A stretch of 39,835 nucleotides of DNA, taken from positions 1-39,835 of the forward strand of contig CAYNLP010000007.1 of NCBI GenBank assembly GCA_964398115.1, read 5' to 3'. The notes beneath the pieces are model-generated. The model was not told the DNA's origin, searched no databases, and saw only the letters and a list, made by a program, of their open reading frames with translations. Made by a program: the position numbers and the translations under genes. Source of the DNA: an uncultured Methanosarcinales archaeon (GTDB lineage: Archaea; Nanobdellota; Nanobdellia; Woesearchaeales; CAYNLP01). Shown here piece after piece: positions 27,401-36,201 of the stretch. Each line of letters starts with the position of its first letter. The stretch's first letter is position 1.

Positions 27401-29834
27401 CGTTCACACTTGGATTTTGAACGCTTGGCGGTGTTTGATCTACTGTTACGGTGAAAGTACTACTAGTGTTAGAGTTTTGCTTGTTATCTCGGCATGTAAC
27501 GTTCCAATCATGACTTCCCTCTCCAAGATTCATGGAGTAGTTGTCAGTAACTCCACTAGAAGTTGTAAGGTTATTTTGTGGTGTACCGTTTACTGTTAAG
27601 TCACATGCTAAGTTGTTAGCGACTGTATCAGTAGGCGTCCAGGTAAAGTTCACGTTCGAACTAGTCGTATTAGCATTGTCAAGAGGGTTGTTCAAAGTTA
27701 TTGATGGTGGTGTGTCATCTACGGTTACGTTTGTAGTTGTGGTATCGTTAACATTACCGGTAACGTCTGTGCTGAAGAAAGTTAGGTTACAAACTTGGTC
27801 TACACCACATCCGAGGCTGGAAGCGTTTGTACTAACTACAAATTGAGTTACATTCTGAAACATCGAAACCTGCGTAGTTCCACCATCCCCTGAAACGTTA
27901 ACTCCTGAAACTCCATTTACGTCTGTTGAATTGACACTTATGTTAAGAACCTGTGTAGAGTTTACAACATTATCTGTTGTTTGAGGATTAGTTACACTTG
28001 GTGGTGTGTTATCTACTATTATCGTAACTCCTTCAGTATTGTTCACGTTACCCGCGCCATCTGTTGCTGTTATTGTGATTCCGCATGGACCGTCTGTATT
28101 ACATCCTAGTGATGAAGCATCAGTTGTACTCGTATAATTATTTCCACTCGCTTGTGTTAGATTAACAGGTGATGAATTCGCGGCTGTCACCGAGGATATG
28201 GTGTTAGTTTCATTTACAATCGCGCTAAGTACAAAGCTATCAGTACTATTTACAACATTATCAGAATCATCCGTTGTGACATTGCTCACGTTAGGTGCTG
28301 TGTTGTCTACCGTGAAAGTGGTTGTTGTAGTATCGTTTAAGTTACCTACGGTGTCAGTTGCAAAGAATGTTAACGTGCATATTCCGTCAGTTCCACAACC
28401 AAGATTTGTTGGATTATCAGTTGCGGTATAAACCCCGCCGCTTATACTCATTGAAACTATCGTGTTTCCACCATCACCTGATACATTAACACTACTAACA
28501 TTTGTTGTTGAGTCACTGACGCTAACGTTTATACTGATTGATGAAGAATTTTGCACTTCACTATCATTCACGTTTGGATTAGTAACACCTGGAGGAGTTG
28601 TATCGACTATTAAGGTGTTTGTGTGGGTGTTGTTCAAGTTTCCAGCTGTGTCGTAAGCGTAGAATGTCAAGGTGCACGTACTGGTACAACCTAAGTTGTT
28701 TGCGGTTGTAACTGATTTGAAAGTAGTACCTCCAGTAGAGTTCATATTAACCATGTTAGTACCACCGTTACCGGAAACATTAATGTCTGAAATTCCACTT
28801 GGATCAAACGCGTCAACTGAAACATTTACTTGCTGTGTAGAATTGACAGGCCCAGTTTCTGTACCGTTCTCAACCTTGGGAGGAGTGTCGTCAACATTCA
28901 AAGTAACAGATTCAGTATTGTTTACATTGCTGGCGTTATCCGTTGCTGTTATTGTGATTCCGCATGGACCGTCTGTAGTACATCCTAATGAAGAAGCGCT
29001 GGTATTAGCAGTGTAATTGTTTGATCCTGCAAGTGTCATGGCTACTGGTGAAGAGTTTGAAGCACTTACAGACTTTATACCATTTATATCCACAACTGTT
29101 GCGTCTACTATAAAGTTTTCAGTACTGTTCACTATATTGTCATTGTCGCTTGTACCTACGCTGGTCACGTTTGGTGCCGTATCATCCACTGTTATAGTGG
29201 TACTAGCTCCACTTGCAGGACCATTTGTGTTACCTGCTTCGTCATTAGATCCAAATTCAACGGTGCAAATACCTTCGCTACTACAACCGATGTTAGAAGG
29301 AGTGGTTTTTGCTTGCCAAACTCCACCAGATTCGTTCATACTTACTGTGTTTCCTCCACTGTCACCAGTTACTGTAACTGAAATGACGCTAGTGGTAGCG
29401 TCAGAAACGGTCACGTTAATATATAATGGTGTGCTGTTTTGAACTGTTGAATCATTCGTTACAGCGTTTGACTCTGCGGGTGCCGTGTTATCTACCGTGA
29501 TGTTTTTGTTTTCATCACTTACAGTTGTGCCGGTGCTGTTCTTTGCTGTAACGTTTAAAGAATGATTACCATCAGCAAATGTAGTGGTATCGCTAGTGTT
29601 TATGAACTCCGTGCCCGTGTTGTTATTCTTTATAGTTTGAACAGTGCTTCCTGTTTCGTTTATCCACGTAAACGTTACGTTTGCACTCGCATCCGTGGTT
29701 GCGTTTAAACTAACACTTCCTGAAACAACCGCGTGGCTAGAAGGATTGTTTAAAGTTACAGAAGTAAGGCCTGAAACGATAGGTAATATGAATAAAAGCG
29801 TTGTAATCACTAACGTTACTCTCTTAATAGTCAC
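24414..29834 (-). CDS. Large surface glycoprotein with tandem Ig-like repeats (gap near C-terminus)
   Basis: Signal peptide; approximately 97-aa repeats ending VDxTxP; very many NxS/T sequons; Ser/Gly linker; C-terminal TM beyond a 100-N gap; GGAGG RBS. Confidence 0.85.
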   Translation of the reverse strand: MTIKRVTLVITTLLFILPIVSGLTSVTLNNPSSHAVVSGSVSLNATTDASANVTFTWINETGSTVQTIKNNNTGTEFINTSDTTTFADGNHSLNVTAKNSTGTTVSDENKNITVDNTAPAESNAVTNDSTVQNSTPLYINVTVSDATTSVISVTVTGDSGGNTVSMNESGGVWQAKTTPSNIGCSSEGICTVEFGSNDEAGNTNGPASGASTTITVDDTAPNVTSVGTSDNDNIVNSTENFIVDATVVDINGIKSVSASNSSPVAMTLAGSNNYTANTSASSLGCTTDGPCGITITATDNASNVNNTESVTLNVDDTPPKVENGTETGPVNSTQQVNVSVDAFDPSGISDINVSGNGGTNMVNMNSTGGTTFKSVTTANNLGCTSTCTLTFYAYDTAGNLNNTHTNTLIVDTTPPGVTNPNVNDSEVQNSSSISINVSVSDSTTNVSSVNVSGDGGNTIVSMSISGGVYTATDNPTNLGCGTDGICTLTFFATDTVGNLNDTTTTTFTVDNTAPNVSNVTTDDSDNVVNSTDSFVLSAIVNETNTISSVTAANSSPVNLTQASGNNYTSTTDASSLGCNTDGPCGITITATDGAGNVNNTEGVTIIVDNTPPSVTNPQTTDNVVNSTQVLNISVNSTDVNGVSGVNVSGDGGTTQVSMFQNVTQFVVSTNASSLGCGVDQVCNLTFFSTDVTGNVNDTTTTNVTVDDTPPSITLNNPLDNANTTSSNVNFTWTPTDTVANNLACDLTVNGTPQNNLTTSSGVTDNYSMNLGEGSHDWNVTCRDNKQNSNTSSTFTVTVDQTPPSVQNPSVNDSDNLVSSNQSINVSVQAGEIHTEIVSMELTGDDGSTNVSMNASDGTYSVITNASNLGCSSGGTCTLRFYAEDTVGNLNDTTTIEITVDDTAPNVTLVSPVDNANLSTNNVTFNWTASDNLDSNPVCDLKVEGATNQNNLSNTSYTITGLSDGAHTWNVTCRDNLPLSTTTNDNVVNIDTSKPTIQGVSLDEPDRFYSTFVNNSKMNLNVNISPGENISSAFVNISAKTFKLVNGSFTSTTVTFRKANLTYNNTSGLHEVNFTVSKSDLTRPFLPYNITVSATENSGNTRVTTVSQTVILYNFTTPPGRNGTRFAKDETTNFSKVPDFETINMILVFERNGSSKYNNRQLPWGNTFKKVMKINFTSVNMSTRQQAQKFSNLSQAIDVKIAPPQTHKQSRIFVNTTFFASLNTNTSITFYDLPFSSEPDVVTDNTSQAVTNTTWVPGPFKPNFSSKVGNLTFSVTGFSGYNVTDNKTPTITPHEPVENSNVSQNPVMFNYTFNGTGTSISSANVTIDTTVFTKSNMSCQNVTQGSDAETCTFNTTLSDGEHTVNVTTWDYGGSAPGNKNSTEYNFTVDTTPPQVTSLSVNDTTVRKGTTFNISVQVTDSVKTVQEVNASGDGSTMLSMTAGSNNTYSTTTNSTNLGCGIENCTITIHASDTIGNLNGSESTVITIAGEVEGNASSVKGNKVNLSIKINKSANLSGDFSGNQTVNFTQNVSNTTNTVLYFDFNFDKDSLNFSKINITEKNDTDKNTITVQKLSLASQSKTKTVYMNETGSYDGVCIKDSNNIDSNDITSDCSASDETKLQCTSGGNSQGQYTCTDLGNRLKISGLDHSSVRQYQVDTSSDSTSTSSSSGGGGGGGGGAGGFFATGKVTFANLPANVEKTVMINEEGVDLQKIAFTPSESLTETYLEVINASNHPEFKGVKLDAFQIDNNIXXXXXXXXXXXXXXXXXXXXXXXXXXXXXXXXXXGVILALILFSGAVLFYVHRAFNE
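28063..28977. repeat. Intragenic direct repeat, 36 bp identical (28063-28098 and 28942-28977)
   Basis: GTTGCTGTTATTGTGATTCCGCATGGACCGTCTGTA twice, 879 bp (293 codons) apart. Confidence 0.85.
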
Positions 29835-29910
29835 TCACCCTCCTCCACAACTTTCTCTACAACCGAAATTCTTTATTTAAATCTTTCGGACATCTTTTAA
29901 TCATTAAACT

Positions 29911-30324
29911 TTATCTTTTTAGCTCTTCCTTTATCTTTGAAGACTTATATTTTTCAGGCTTGTATGCTTCCATCCTTTTTACTTCAACGTCTAAACCTCT
30001 ATTTCTCAATTTTTCCTTGAGGTCTTTTGTAAAGGCTTTTTGATCATATCCCAGGCAGATAACATCAGGGTTAACTTCTTCTACTATTCTGTACTTGTCA
30101 CCTTCGTATCCTAGGACGGCTTCATCGACTAATTCGCATTCTTCAACTCTTCTACGTCTTTCCTCTTCGGAATTCCACGGTTCTTCTCCTTTTATTTCCT
30201 TCACGGTCTTGTCTCTGGAAATAACAACTGTTAAGTGATCGCCATGTCTTTTGGCTTGTTGGAAGAAGTTACGATGGCCGTCGTGTAAAATATCGTAAGT
30301 CCCAGTAACTAATACTTTCTTCAT
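29911..30324 (-). CDS. ribL: Archaeal FAD synthase (cytidylyltransferase family)
   Basis: GTYDILHDGH, VVISRD, VDEAVLG, PDVICLGYDQ, KSSKI. Confidence 0.85.
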   Translation of the reverse strand: MKKVLVTGTYDILHDGHRNFFQQAKRHGDHLTVVISRDKTVKEIKGEEPWNSEEERRRRVEECELVDEAVLGYEGDKYRIVEEVNPDVICLGYDQKAFTKDLKEKLRNRGLDVEVKRMEAYKPEKYKSSKIKEELKR

Positions 30325-30354
30325 AATCAAGCTTTTATAGAAAAGACGACTTTA

Positions 30355-30582
30355 TTACTTTAATGCTTTCTTCACGCGCTTTTTATCAAAACCCACGATG
30401 ACTTCACCATCTACGTCGATTACAGGCACTCCTCTCTGACCTGATTTTTCAATCATTTCCTTAGCTTTTTCTTCATCTTCTGCCACGTTATATTCTTGGA
30501 ACTCGATGTTTTCCTCTTGAAAGAATTCTTTAGCTTTTTTGCACCATGGACATGTTGGCGATGTATAGATTTCAACTGTCAT
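30355..30582 (-). CDS. Glutaredoxin-like protein (NrdH/YruB family)
   Basis: YTSPTCPWC, SGQRGVPVIDV, IVGFD. Confidence 0.92.
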   Translation of the reverse strand: MTVEIYTSPTCPWCKKAKEFFQEENIEFQEYNVAEDEEKAKEMIEKSGQRGVPVIDVDGEVIVGFDKKRVKKALK

Positions 30583-30629
30583 AACGTGTTAGAAAGGTTT
30601 GAAAATTTATAAAAGTAATATTTAAGATT

Positions 30630-31490
30630 TTAACTTGTGGTTAAGACTTCGTAGAAGACGTCGAACACCGGTACGTCTGTAGTGGTTGTTATGAAGCTAG
30701 CTTCGTTTTCTTCACAAATGTGCCTGAGTTGTGCAATATGTTGTCCCAGTCTATCTTGATAATTCTTGATAGTTCGCCTGCTTAAAAACGTTCTTAACTG
30801 CGTGTCTTGTTCACTATCTTTTAGTATGACGTCTCCTTGCATATGGACTTCTCTCTCACTCGGATCTAATACTTGAACCACGACGACCTCGCTCTTTCTA
30901 TACCTTTCCAAGATGTCTCTGAATTCTTCAGCATCGTAGAGGAAGTCGCTCACTATGACAACTAAAGATTTGCTCTTTATAGCTTTCTTATAAGTTTGTA
31001 AACTATCCATAAAGTTGGTTTCTCCTTCTGGCTCGTGTTTTTGCAAGTGGTCTACTATGCTCATAAGTTGGTCTCTGCCCTTTTCTGGACGGATGATTTC
31101 CAATTCTTCTGCGAACGTGTTGAAATTAAATTTCTCGTTATTGTTCAACGCCATGTATGCAAATCCTAATCCGACCATACTAGCGTATTCAAATTTGTCA
31201 TGTTCAGTAGTTCCATAATCCATACTTGCGCTTGCGTCAACTACTATGTGAACGGTTAGGTTCCTTTCTTCTTCAAATCTTTTGATAAAATACTTGTTAG
31301 TCCTTGCGTACACTTTCCAATCTACAAAACGAATATCGTCACCAGGCACGTATTCTCGAAAGTCTTTAAATACTAGTCCTTCTCCAAACTCGCGAGTCTC
31401 TCTAGCACCTTGGTATTGAGAATGTACTCTTTTCTTCATTGCGAGCTGGAACTTGTCCAACTCGTTCAAAAAGTCTAGTTCTATTGCCAT
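30630..31490 (-). CDS. DUF58 family protein (vWA-like MoxR partner)
   Basis: F..FREYVPGDDIRFVDWKVYART, VDASASM, VSDF. Confidence 0.92.
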   Translation of the reverse strand: MAIELDFLNELDKFQLAMKKRVHSQYQGARETREFGEGLVFKDFREYVPGDDIRFVDWKVYARTNKYFIKRFEEERNLTVHIVVDASASMDYGTTEHDKFEYASMVGLGFAYMALNNNEKFNFNTFAEELEIIRPEKGRDQLMSIVDHLQKHEPEGETNFMDSLQTYKKAIKSKSLVVIVSDFLYDAEEFRDILERYRKSEVVVVQVLDPSEREVHMQGDVILKDSEQDTQLRTFLSRRTIKNYQDRLGQHIAQLRHICEENEASFITTTTDVPVFDVFYEVLTTS

Positions 31491-32455
31491 TATATTTCCT
31501 TTAAGAGTTGTTCTATGGCGTCGTCAGGTTCCATACCTTCTCTTTCAGCTTCAAAACTTAAGATTATCCTATGTCTCAAGATTGGATAGGCCATAGCTTT
31601 AATATCTTTTTCAGATACGTACTTTCTTCCTTCGAGCAAAGCTCGAGCTTTTGAAGCTAGGATTAAACCAATTGAAGCTCTAGGTGAGGCGCCATACTCG
31701 ATGAGTTCCTTCTTCGTCCTCGTCAAGTTAACGAGGTCGACTACTTTCTGCTTTAAGTCATCAGCTATTGGGACTTGTCTGGTCAAGTCTTGTAGCATAA
31801 GCAAGCTATCCTTACTTAACATAACTCTCAAGTTAGGGTCTTTTTCTTTCTTAGTATACCGATTCACGATCTCCATTTCTTCATCACTGCTTGGATAATC
31901 AACGAGGATTTTAAGTAGGAACCTGTCTGTTTGTGCTTCTGGAAGTGGATAAGTTCCTTCCTGATCGATTGGATTTTGAGTAGCTAGTACGAAGAATGGC
32001 TCGTCAAGTTTGAAAGTGTTGTTACCACTTGAAACCTGCTTCTCCTGCATTGCCTCTAACAACGCAGCTTGCGTCTTTGGAGTAGCTCTGTTTATCTCAT
32101 CTGCTAAGATCATATTGGCAAATATTGGTCCTTCTTGGAATTCAAAACTTTTCTTACCACCTTCTTCTTGAATGACATAAGTACCTGTAATGTCGGTAGG
32201 CATCAAGTCAGGAGTGCTTTGAATACGGCTAAAGTCCAAGTCTAGAATATGAGATAAGCTTTTAATCATTAACGTTTTACCAAGACCAGGATAGCTTTCT
32301 AACAACGCGTTTCCATCGCATAAAATTGCAACTAGTATTTGATTGATGACCTCGTCTTGACCTATAATGACTTTTCTTAACTCTTGTTTGACATTGCTGA
32401 AAGTTTCCTTGAGCTTTTCTATGTTTTTAACACTTTCAATTGTTTTACTCGGCAT
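31490..32455 (-). CDS. moxR: MoxR-family AAA+ ATPase
   Basis: PGLGKT, RIQ.TPDLMP.DITG, LADEINRATPKTQAALLEAMQE, ATQNP, YPLPEAQ.DRF, GASPRA. Confidence 0.96.
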   Translation of the reverse strand: MPSKTIESVKNIEKLKETFSNVKQELRKVIIGQDEVINQILVAILCDGNALLESYPGLGKTLMIKSLSHILDLDFSRIQSTPDLMPTDITGTYVIQEEGGKKSFEFQEGPIFANMILADEINRATPKTQAALLEAMQEKQVSSGNNTFKLDEPFFVLATQNPIDQEGTYPLPEAQTDRFLLKILVDYPSSDEEMEIVNRYTKKEKDPNLRVMLSKDSLLMLQDLTRQVPIADDLKQKVVDLVNLTRTKKELIEYGASPRASIGLILASKARALLEGRKYVSEKDIKAMAYPILRHRIILSFEAEREGMEPDDAIEQLLKEI

Positions 32456-32474
32456 TGAATTAAACCTCCATTAA

Positions 32475-33269
32475 TTATTTTTTGAGTTCTAAGTTATAAG
32501 CTTTGGCAAGTTCTGCTTCATCCGGGACGTTATTATCGCCGAAGTCGCCGGATTGAGCACTAACTTCTCCGGGATAATTCCCTTCTTCAAAACTTTTTTC
32601 TTCAAGCGACTTCTCTTTATTAAAATCTACTTGACCCATAGATGGATTTATATTTAAATCTAATTCTTCCTTACCCAACTTGGCAAGGCTTTCATCTCCA
32701 TAAATATTGCTCTGGTTAAAACCAATTTTTTCTAAACTCGTGTTTTTAGCATCTCCTGCATCCGTGTTATTACCACCGAAAACGCTTCCAAAACCTCCTC
32801 CAAAACTACCTACTGGCAAAGCTATATTACCTAAGTAGATTTCTAAGGAACTTACAAAAACAACTGCGAACGTTAGTATAGTTATGCCTAAAACTTTTTT
32901 GAATAAAATACTGCTATCTAAAAGGTTACCTGCAGAAACTTTTTTCATGCTTTTAACAACGTCGTAGAACAGCCCTAACACTAACACGTTCTTTTCGTCC
33001 TTGTAATCATTAGCGGTTCTGAGCATTTCCTTAACCGCGGGGTTAGCATCTTCAACAGCTTTCAAATCCAACTTTCTCTTCCACATTATAAAATTCACGA
33101 TGAAGAAAGCCAAAGCAGTTCCTAACGCCCACACCCAAGTTTGATCTATTAAAATAACTACGAGGTAAGAAGCGAAAAACACCAAGCAAGTGTTTAAAAA
33201 ACTATTTAGAAAAGCAACTTTCAAAATTTCAACATTGACTTCCCTAAACAATCTTTCTATCGTTTTCAT
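32475..33269 (-). CDS. Membrane protein of the MoxR operon
   Basis: Two N-terminal TMs, E..NP...E.LRTA.D motif, third TM, acidic tail; overlaps or abuts its neighbours. Confidence 0.65.
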   Translation of the reverse strand: MKTIERLFREVNVEILKVAFLNSFLNTCLVFFASYLVVILIDQTWVWALGTALAFFIVNFIMWKRKLDLKAVEDANPAVKEMLRTANDYKDEKNVLVLGLFYDVVKSMKKVSAGNLLDSSILFKKVLGITILTFAVVFVSSLEIYLGNIALPVGSFGGGFGSVFGGNNTDAGDAKNTSLEKIGFNQSNIYGDESLAKLGKEELDLNINPSMGQVDFNKEKSLEEKSFEEGNYPGEVSAQSGDFGDNNVPDEAELAKAYNLELKK

Positions 33270-33271
33270 CT

Positions 33272-33757
33272 TCAACTTGCCTCACACTGTTCTAAATCCT
33301 CTTCACAACTAGCTAGTTGGGATTCCAAACTATCAATTTCTTGTTTTAAGTTTTTAATCTGGTTTTGTAAGTCTTTCACTGTTTGTTGTTGCTCTTCCAC
33401 TCTAGTCCTCGTCTGTTGTAATTCTTGCTTGGTTTGTAATAATTGATCATTTGTAAGTTTTAATTCTTGCTTGGTTTTTTCTAACTCGTTAACTTTTTGC
33501 TCGTATAAAGCGTCATACTTTCCAATGTCTTGCGAAGTGCTGTTCAAGTCTTGGATACAACTTTGTAACCTTTGTTCTTTATCCTCTAAAACGTTGGTAC
33601 ACGTGCTGTAATTGCTCACAACGCTTTCATAATTCTGGTTTAAATCTTTAAACGATTCTTGGAAGTAAATGGCTGAACCTGCTAGTCCAACTATGACTAG
33701 ACACATCAGTATCAGTAGGAAGATATTCACCCTTTTATACATGAAATTTTGTGCCAT
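33272..33757 (-). CDS. Membrane-anchored coiled-coil protein
   Basis: N-terminal TM then heptads (LEKTKQELKLTNDQLLQTKQELQQT); four Cys in the coiled coil. Confidence 0.75.
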   Translation of the reverse strand: MAQNFMYKRVNIFLLILMCLVIVGLAGSAIYFQESFKDLNQNYESVVSNYSTCTNVLEDKEQRLQSCIQDLNSTSQDIGKYDALYEQKVNELEKTKQELKLTNDQLLQTKQELQQTRTRVEEQQQTVKDLQNQIKNLKQEIDSLESQLASCEEDLEQCEAS

Positions 33758-33762
33758 TTCTT

Positions 33763-36201
33763 TTACCTTCGCTTCATCATCTTGTTTTCAGATATTCTCC
33801 TTAATAACACTTCTATTAGGAACAGCAGCAACGCGCCGAGTAGGAACGGCCATACTAAAACCGTTTTTTCAGTGACTGTCTTCTTCGAAACTGACTTTAC
33901 AAACTCTACTATTCTTTGTGTTTCGCTAGGTTTAAATAGATTTCCGCCTGTAGATTGAACTATGCCTTCCAGCTCAGGATTGAAACCTGTTTCTTGATAC
34001 TCAACAGGGTAATTGACTGCGTATTGACTGTTTAAAACACTGCCGAAACCAACTTCTTTTGGTGTCAAGCTTGCTTCGTATTGGTTTTCATCTTTCTTAA
34101 CAAAGTTTAAACCTTCTGCTGATGGTATCTTATCCGCTTTTACATTAATCTTTAATGGTTCGTTAACTCTACCGTCTGAAATGTCTACAAAGTAATTTTT
34201 CTTCCTTTCAGGATCTCCAATAGCCCAATTAACTGTTTTTGTAAGTATTTTGCTATTCTGAGCGTTAAGCAATTCGCCAAGAGTGTTTCCAGTGAACACG
34301 TTCCAACTTGCTACTTTTCCAAGTCCGTATCTCCAAACCGTAAGTGCTGGTTCTCCAGTGTCGGTTGTGGCTAAAAGCTGAGCGGAACTCTTGGGTATGA
34401 CTTGGTTGTAACCTTTCATCACAGCGTTGGGATCAGTATTTTGAGTTATGAAATGTCCTGAATTAACAACTACTATTCCGTAGTTGTCATCTTCTTCACC
34501 CTCTTCGGGTTCACCGAATAAAACTTTCAATCTTCCTTTGTCACTTGCGGAAAGGTAGAATCCGCCTCCGTTGCTTGCCGCATCTTTAAGGAAGCCGTCA
34601 TACACGCTTCTTCCAATACCTACTGTTATTAGTTTTATTCCTTGCTGATAGAGGTTTCCTGCGAGACCCACGCTTTTATCCCTATCTCCTTTGTACGTAA
34701 CACCATCGGTTAATAAAATGACATATCGACTTCCGCCTTTGTTTGAAAGCAGATTATAAGCGCCTTGTATTCCTTTACTGACTAAAGTATTTCCTCCAGG
34801 GTTTATCTTCTTAATCTTGTTTATCATTTCTTCCTTATGCTCATATAATGGTTCAATAGGTTCTATCAAGTAAGTACCCGTGTCGAAAGCCACTGCGCCG
34901 ACTTTATTTGTTTCATCTAACTGGTTGATAACTTGGACGGCTTGTGATTTTATAACGTCAGTGTAAGCTACTTCGCTACACACTTCAGTCTTGGTGTTAG
35001 TAACGGTGTCTACTACGATACGGCATTTACCCCCTCCTTTACTACGGTCAATAGACAAGACTATTGTGTTATCACTATAATCTCTTTCAGCACTTCCAAC
35101 CTTTACAGGAAGTAACTGCTCAAATACGGAGTTCTTATAGTTCCCTCTGTCGTAACTGTTGAAACCGCCGAAAACCACCATGCCGTTTCCGTCTATGAGG
35201 TAGTCGCTTAGCTTGTCATAGTTCGTGTTAAAGCTTCTAGCTTTCATGTCATTTACAACAATTGCGTAATAGTCGCTGATATTTCTAGGCATCGCTCCTC
35301 TTTTATCAACCTCGTAAAGTTGGTTGAGAATTTTTTCTAATGGGGAATCTTTGCTAGTCATGTACAAAATGTTGGGTTTTTCTACCACCCTCACAGTTTT
35401 TCTGTACACGTTGTTTTCTGAAAAGTGGTCCTGCCCGTTTGTACTCACTTCAGCCTTTAAAGTATGGTCTCCATAGTCGCTGAACTGTTGGTTTATACGT
35501 ACCACGCTTTGACTTGTATCCCTGTCAAACACTACTTCGTCATCAACGGTCACGGTTAAGTGATAGGTTTCTACGTTAGGCTTGGTAACCTTTACCAAGT
35601 ATGTATTGTTCACGCTTTCTACTACCTTTTCTGGTCCGAGGATTGAAACTGCAACGTCACTCTTATCAGGTTGTAAATCTAAAGCGCTAACTGTTGAGTT
35701 AGTGTTTTGTGCGAATAAAGAAACGTCACCAAGGCTGGTTCCTTGATTATTGTATCCGTCCGTTATCAATAATACGTTATTATCTTGTTCAATATTAGCT
35801 AAGATTCCTTCTCCTATCGGCGAACTTGTTTCTGTCCCTACTCTTTTAACCTTTAAAGGTATCCTTGATTCAATTTCTTCCATAAATTGAGGTAAGAATT
35901 CTTGGTTGAATAACTCCATTGAAGTGCTGTTATCAATGAGGATGGTTAGTCGTGGGTTTCCACTTACTTCTCTAGTAACTTCTGTAAAGGGTTCGGCAAG
36001 GGCTATACAGAGTAGTAAGACTATTATTATTCTGGAAACAGTTATCCATCGCCTCCATTTCTTTTTCTTTAGCTGGAAGACTTCATCTTCCGGCAAGTTT
36101 ACAAAATCCTTTCTTATAAGATACCATACCAGCGTGGCTAGTGGTATGAAAAGCAAGAGCGCTTTTGGTTGTAGGAATTGAAAATTGAGTCCTAAAACCA
36201 C
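33763..36201 (-). CDS. Membrane-anchored multi-vWA protein with Ig-like and GATase-like domains
   Basis: BatA-like N-terminus, LIDNSTSM and LLITDG, second vWA ILLTDG, WRYGLGKVA, C-terminal TM. Confidence 0.8.
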   Translation of the reverse strand: MVLGLNFQFLQPKALLLFIPLATLVWYLIRKDFVNLPEDEVFQLKKKKWRRWITVSRIIIVLLLCIALAEPFTEVTREVSGNPRLTILIDNSTSMELFNQEFLPQFMEEIESRIPLKVKRVGTETSSPIGEGILANIEQDNNVLLITDGYNNQGTSLGDVSLFAQNTNSTVSALDLQPDKSDVAVSILGPEKVVESVNNTYLVKVTKPNVETYHLTVTVDDEVVFDRDTSQSVVRINQQFSDYGDHTLKAEVSTNGQDHFSENNVYRKTVRVVEKPNILYMTSKDSPLEKILNQLYEVDKRGAMPRNISDYYAIVVNDMKARSFNTNYDKLSDYLIDGNGMVVFGGFNSYDRGNYKNSVFEQLLPVKVGSAERDYSDNTIVLSIDRSKGGGKCRIVVDTVTNTKTEVCSEVAYTDVIKSQAVQVINQLDETNKVGAVAFDTGTYLIEPIEPLYEHKEEMINKIKKINPGGNTLVSKGIQGAYNLLSNKGGSRYVILLTDGVTYKGDRDKSVGLAGNLYQQGIKLITVGIGRSVYDGFLKDAASNGGGFYLSASDKGRLKVLFGEPEEGEEDDNYGIVVVNSGHFITQNTDPNAVMKGYNQVIPKSSAQLLATTDTGEPALTVWRYGLGKVASWNVFTGNTLGELLNAQNSKILTKTVNWAIGDPERKKNYFVDISDGRVNEPLKINVKADKIPSAEGLNFVKKDENQYEASLTPKEVGFGSVLNSQYAVNYPVEYQETGFNPELEGIVQSTGGNLFKPSETQRIVEFVKSVSKKTVTEKTVLVWPFLLGALLLFLIEVLLRRISENKMMKRR

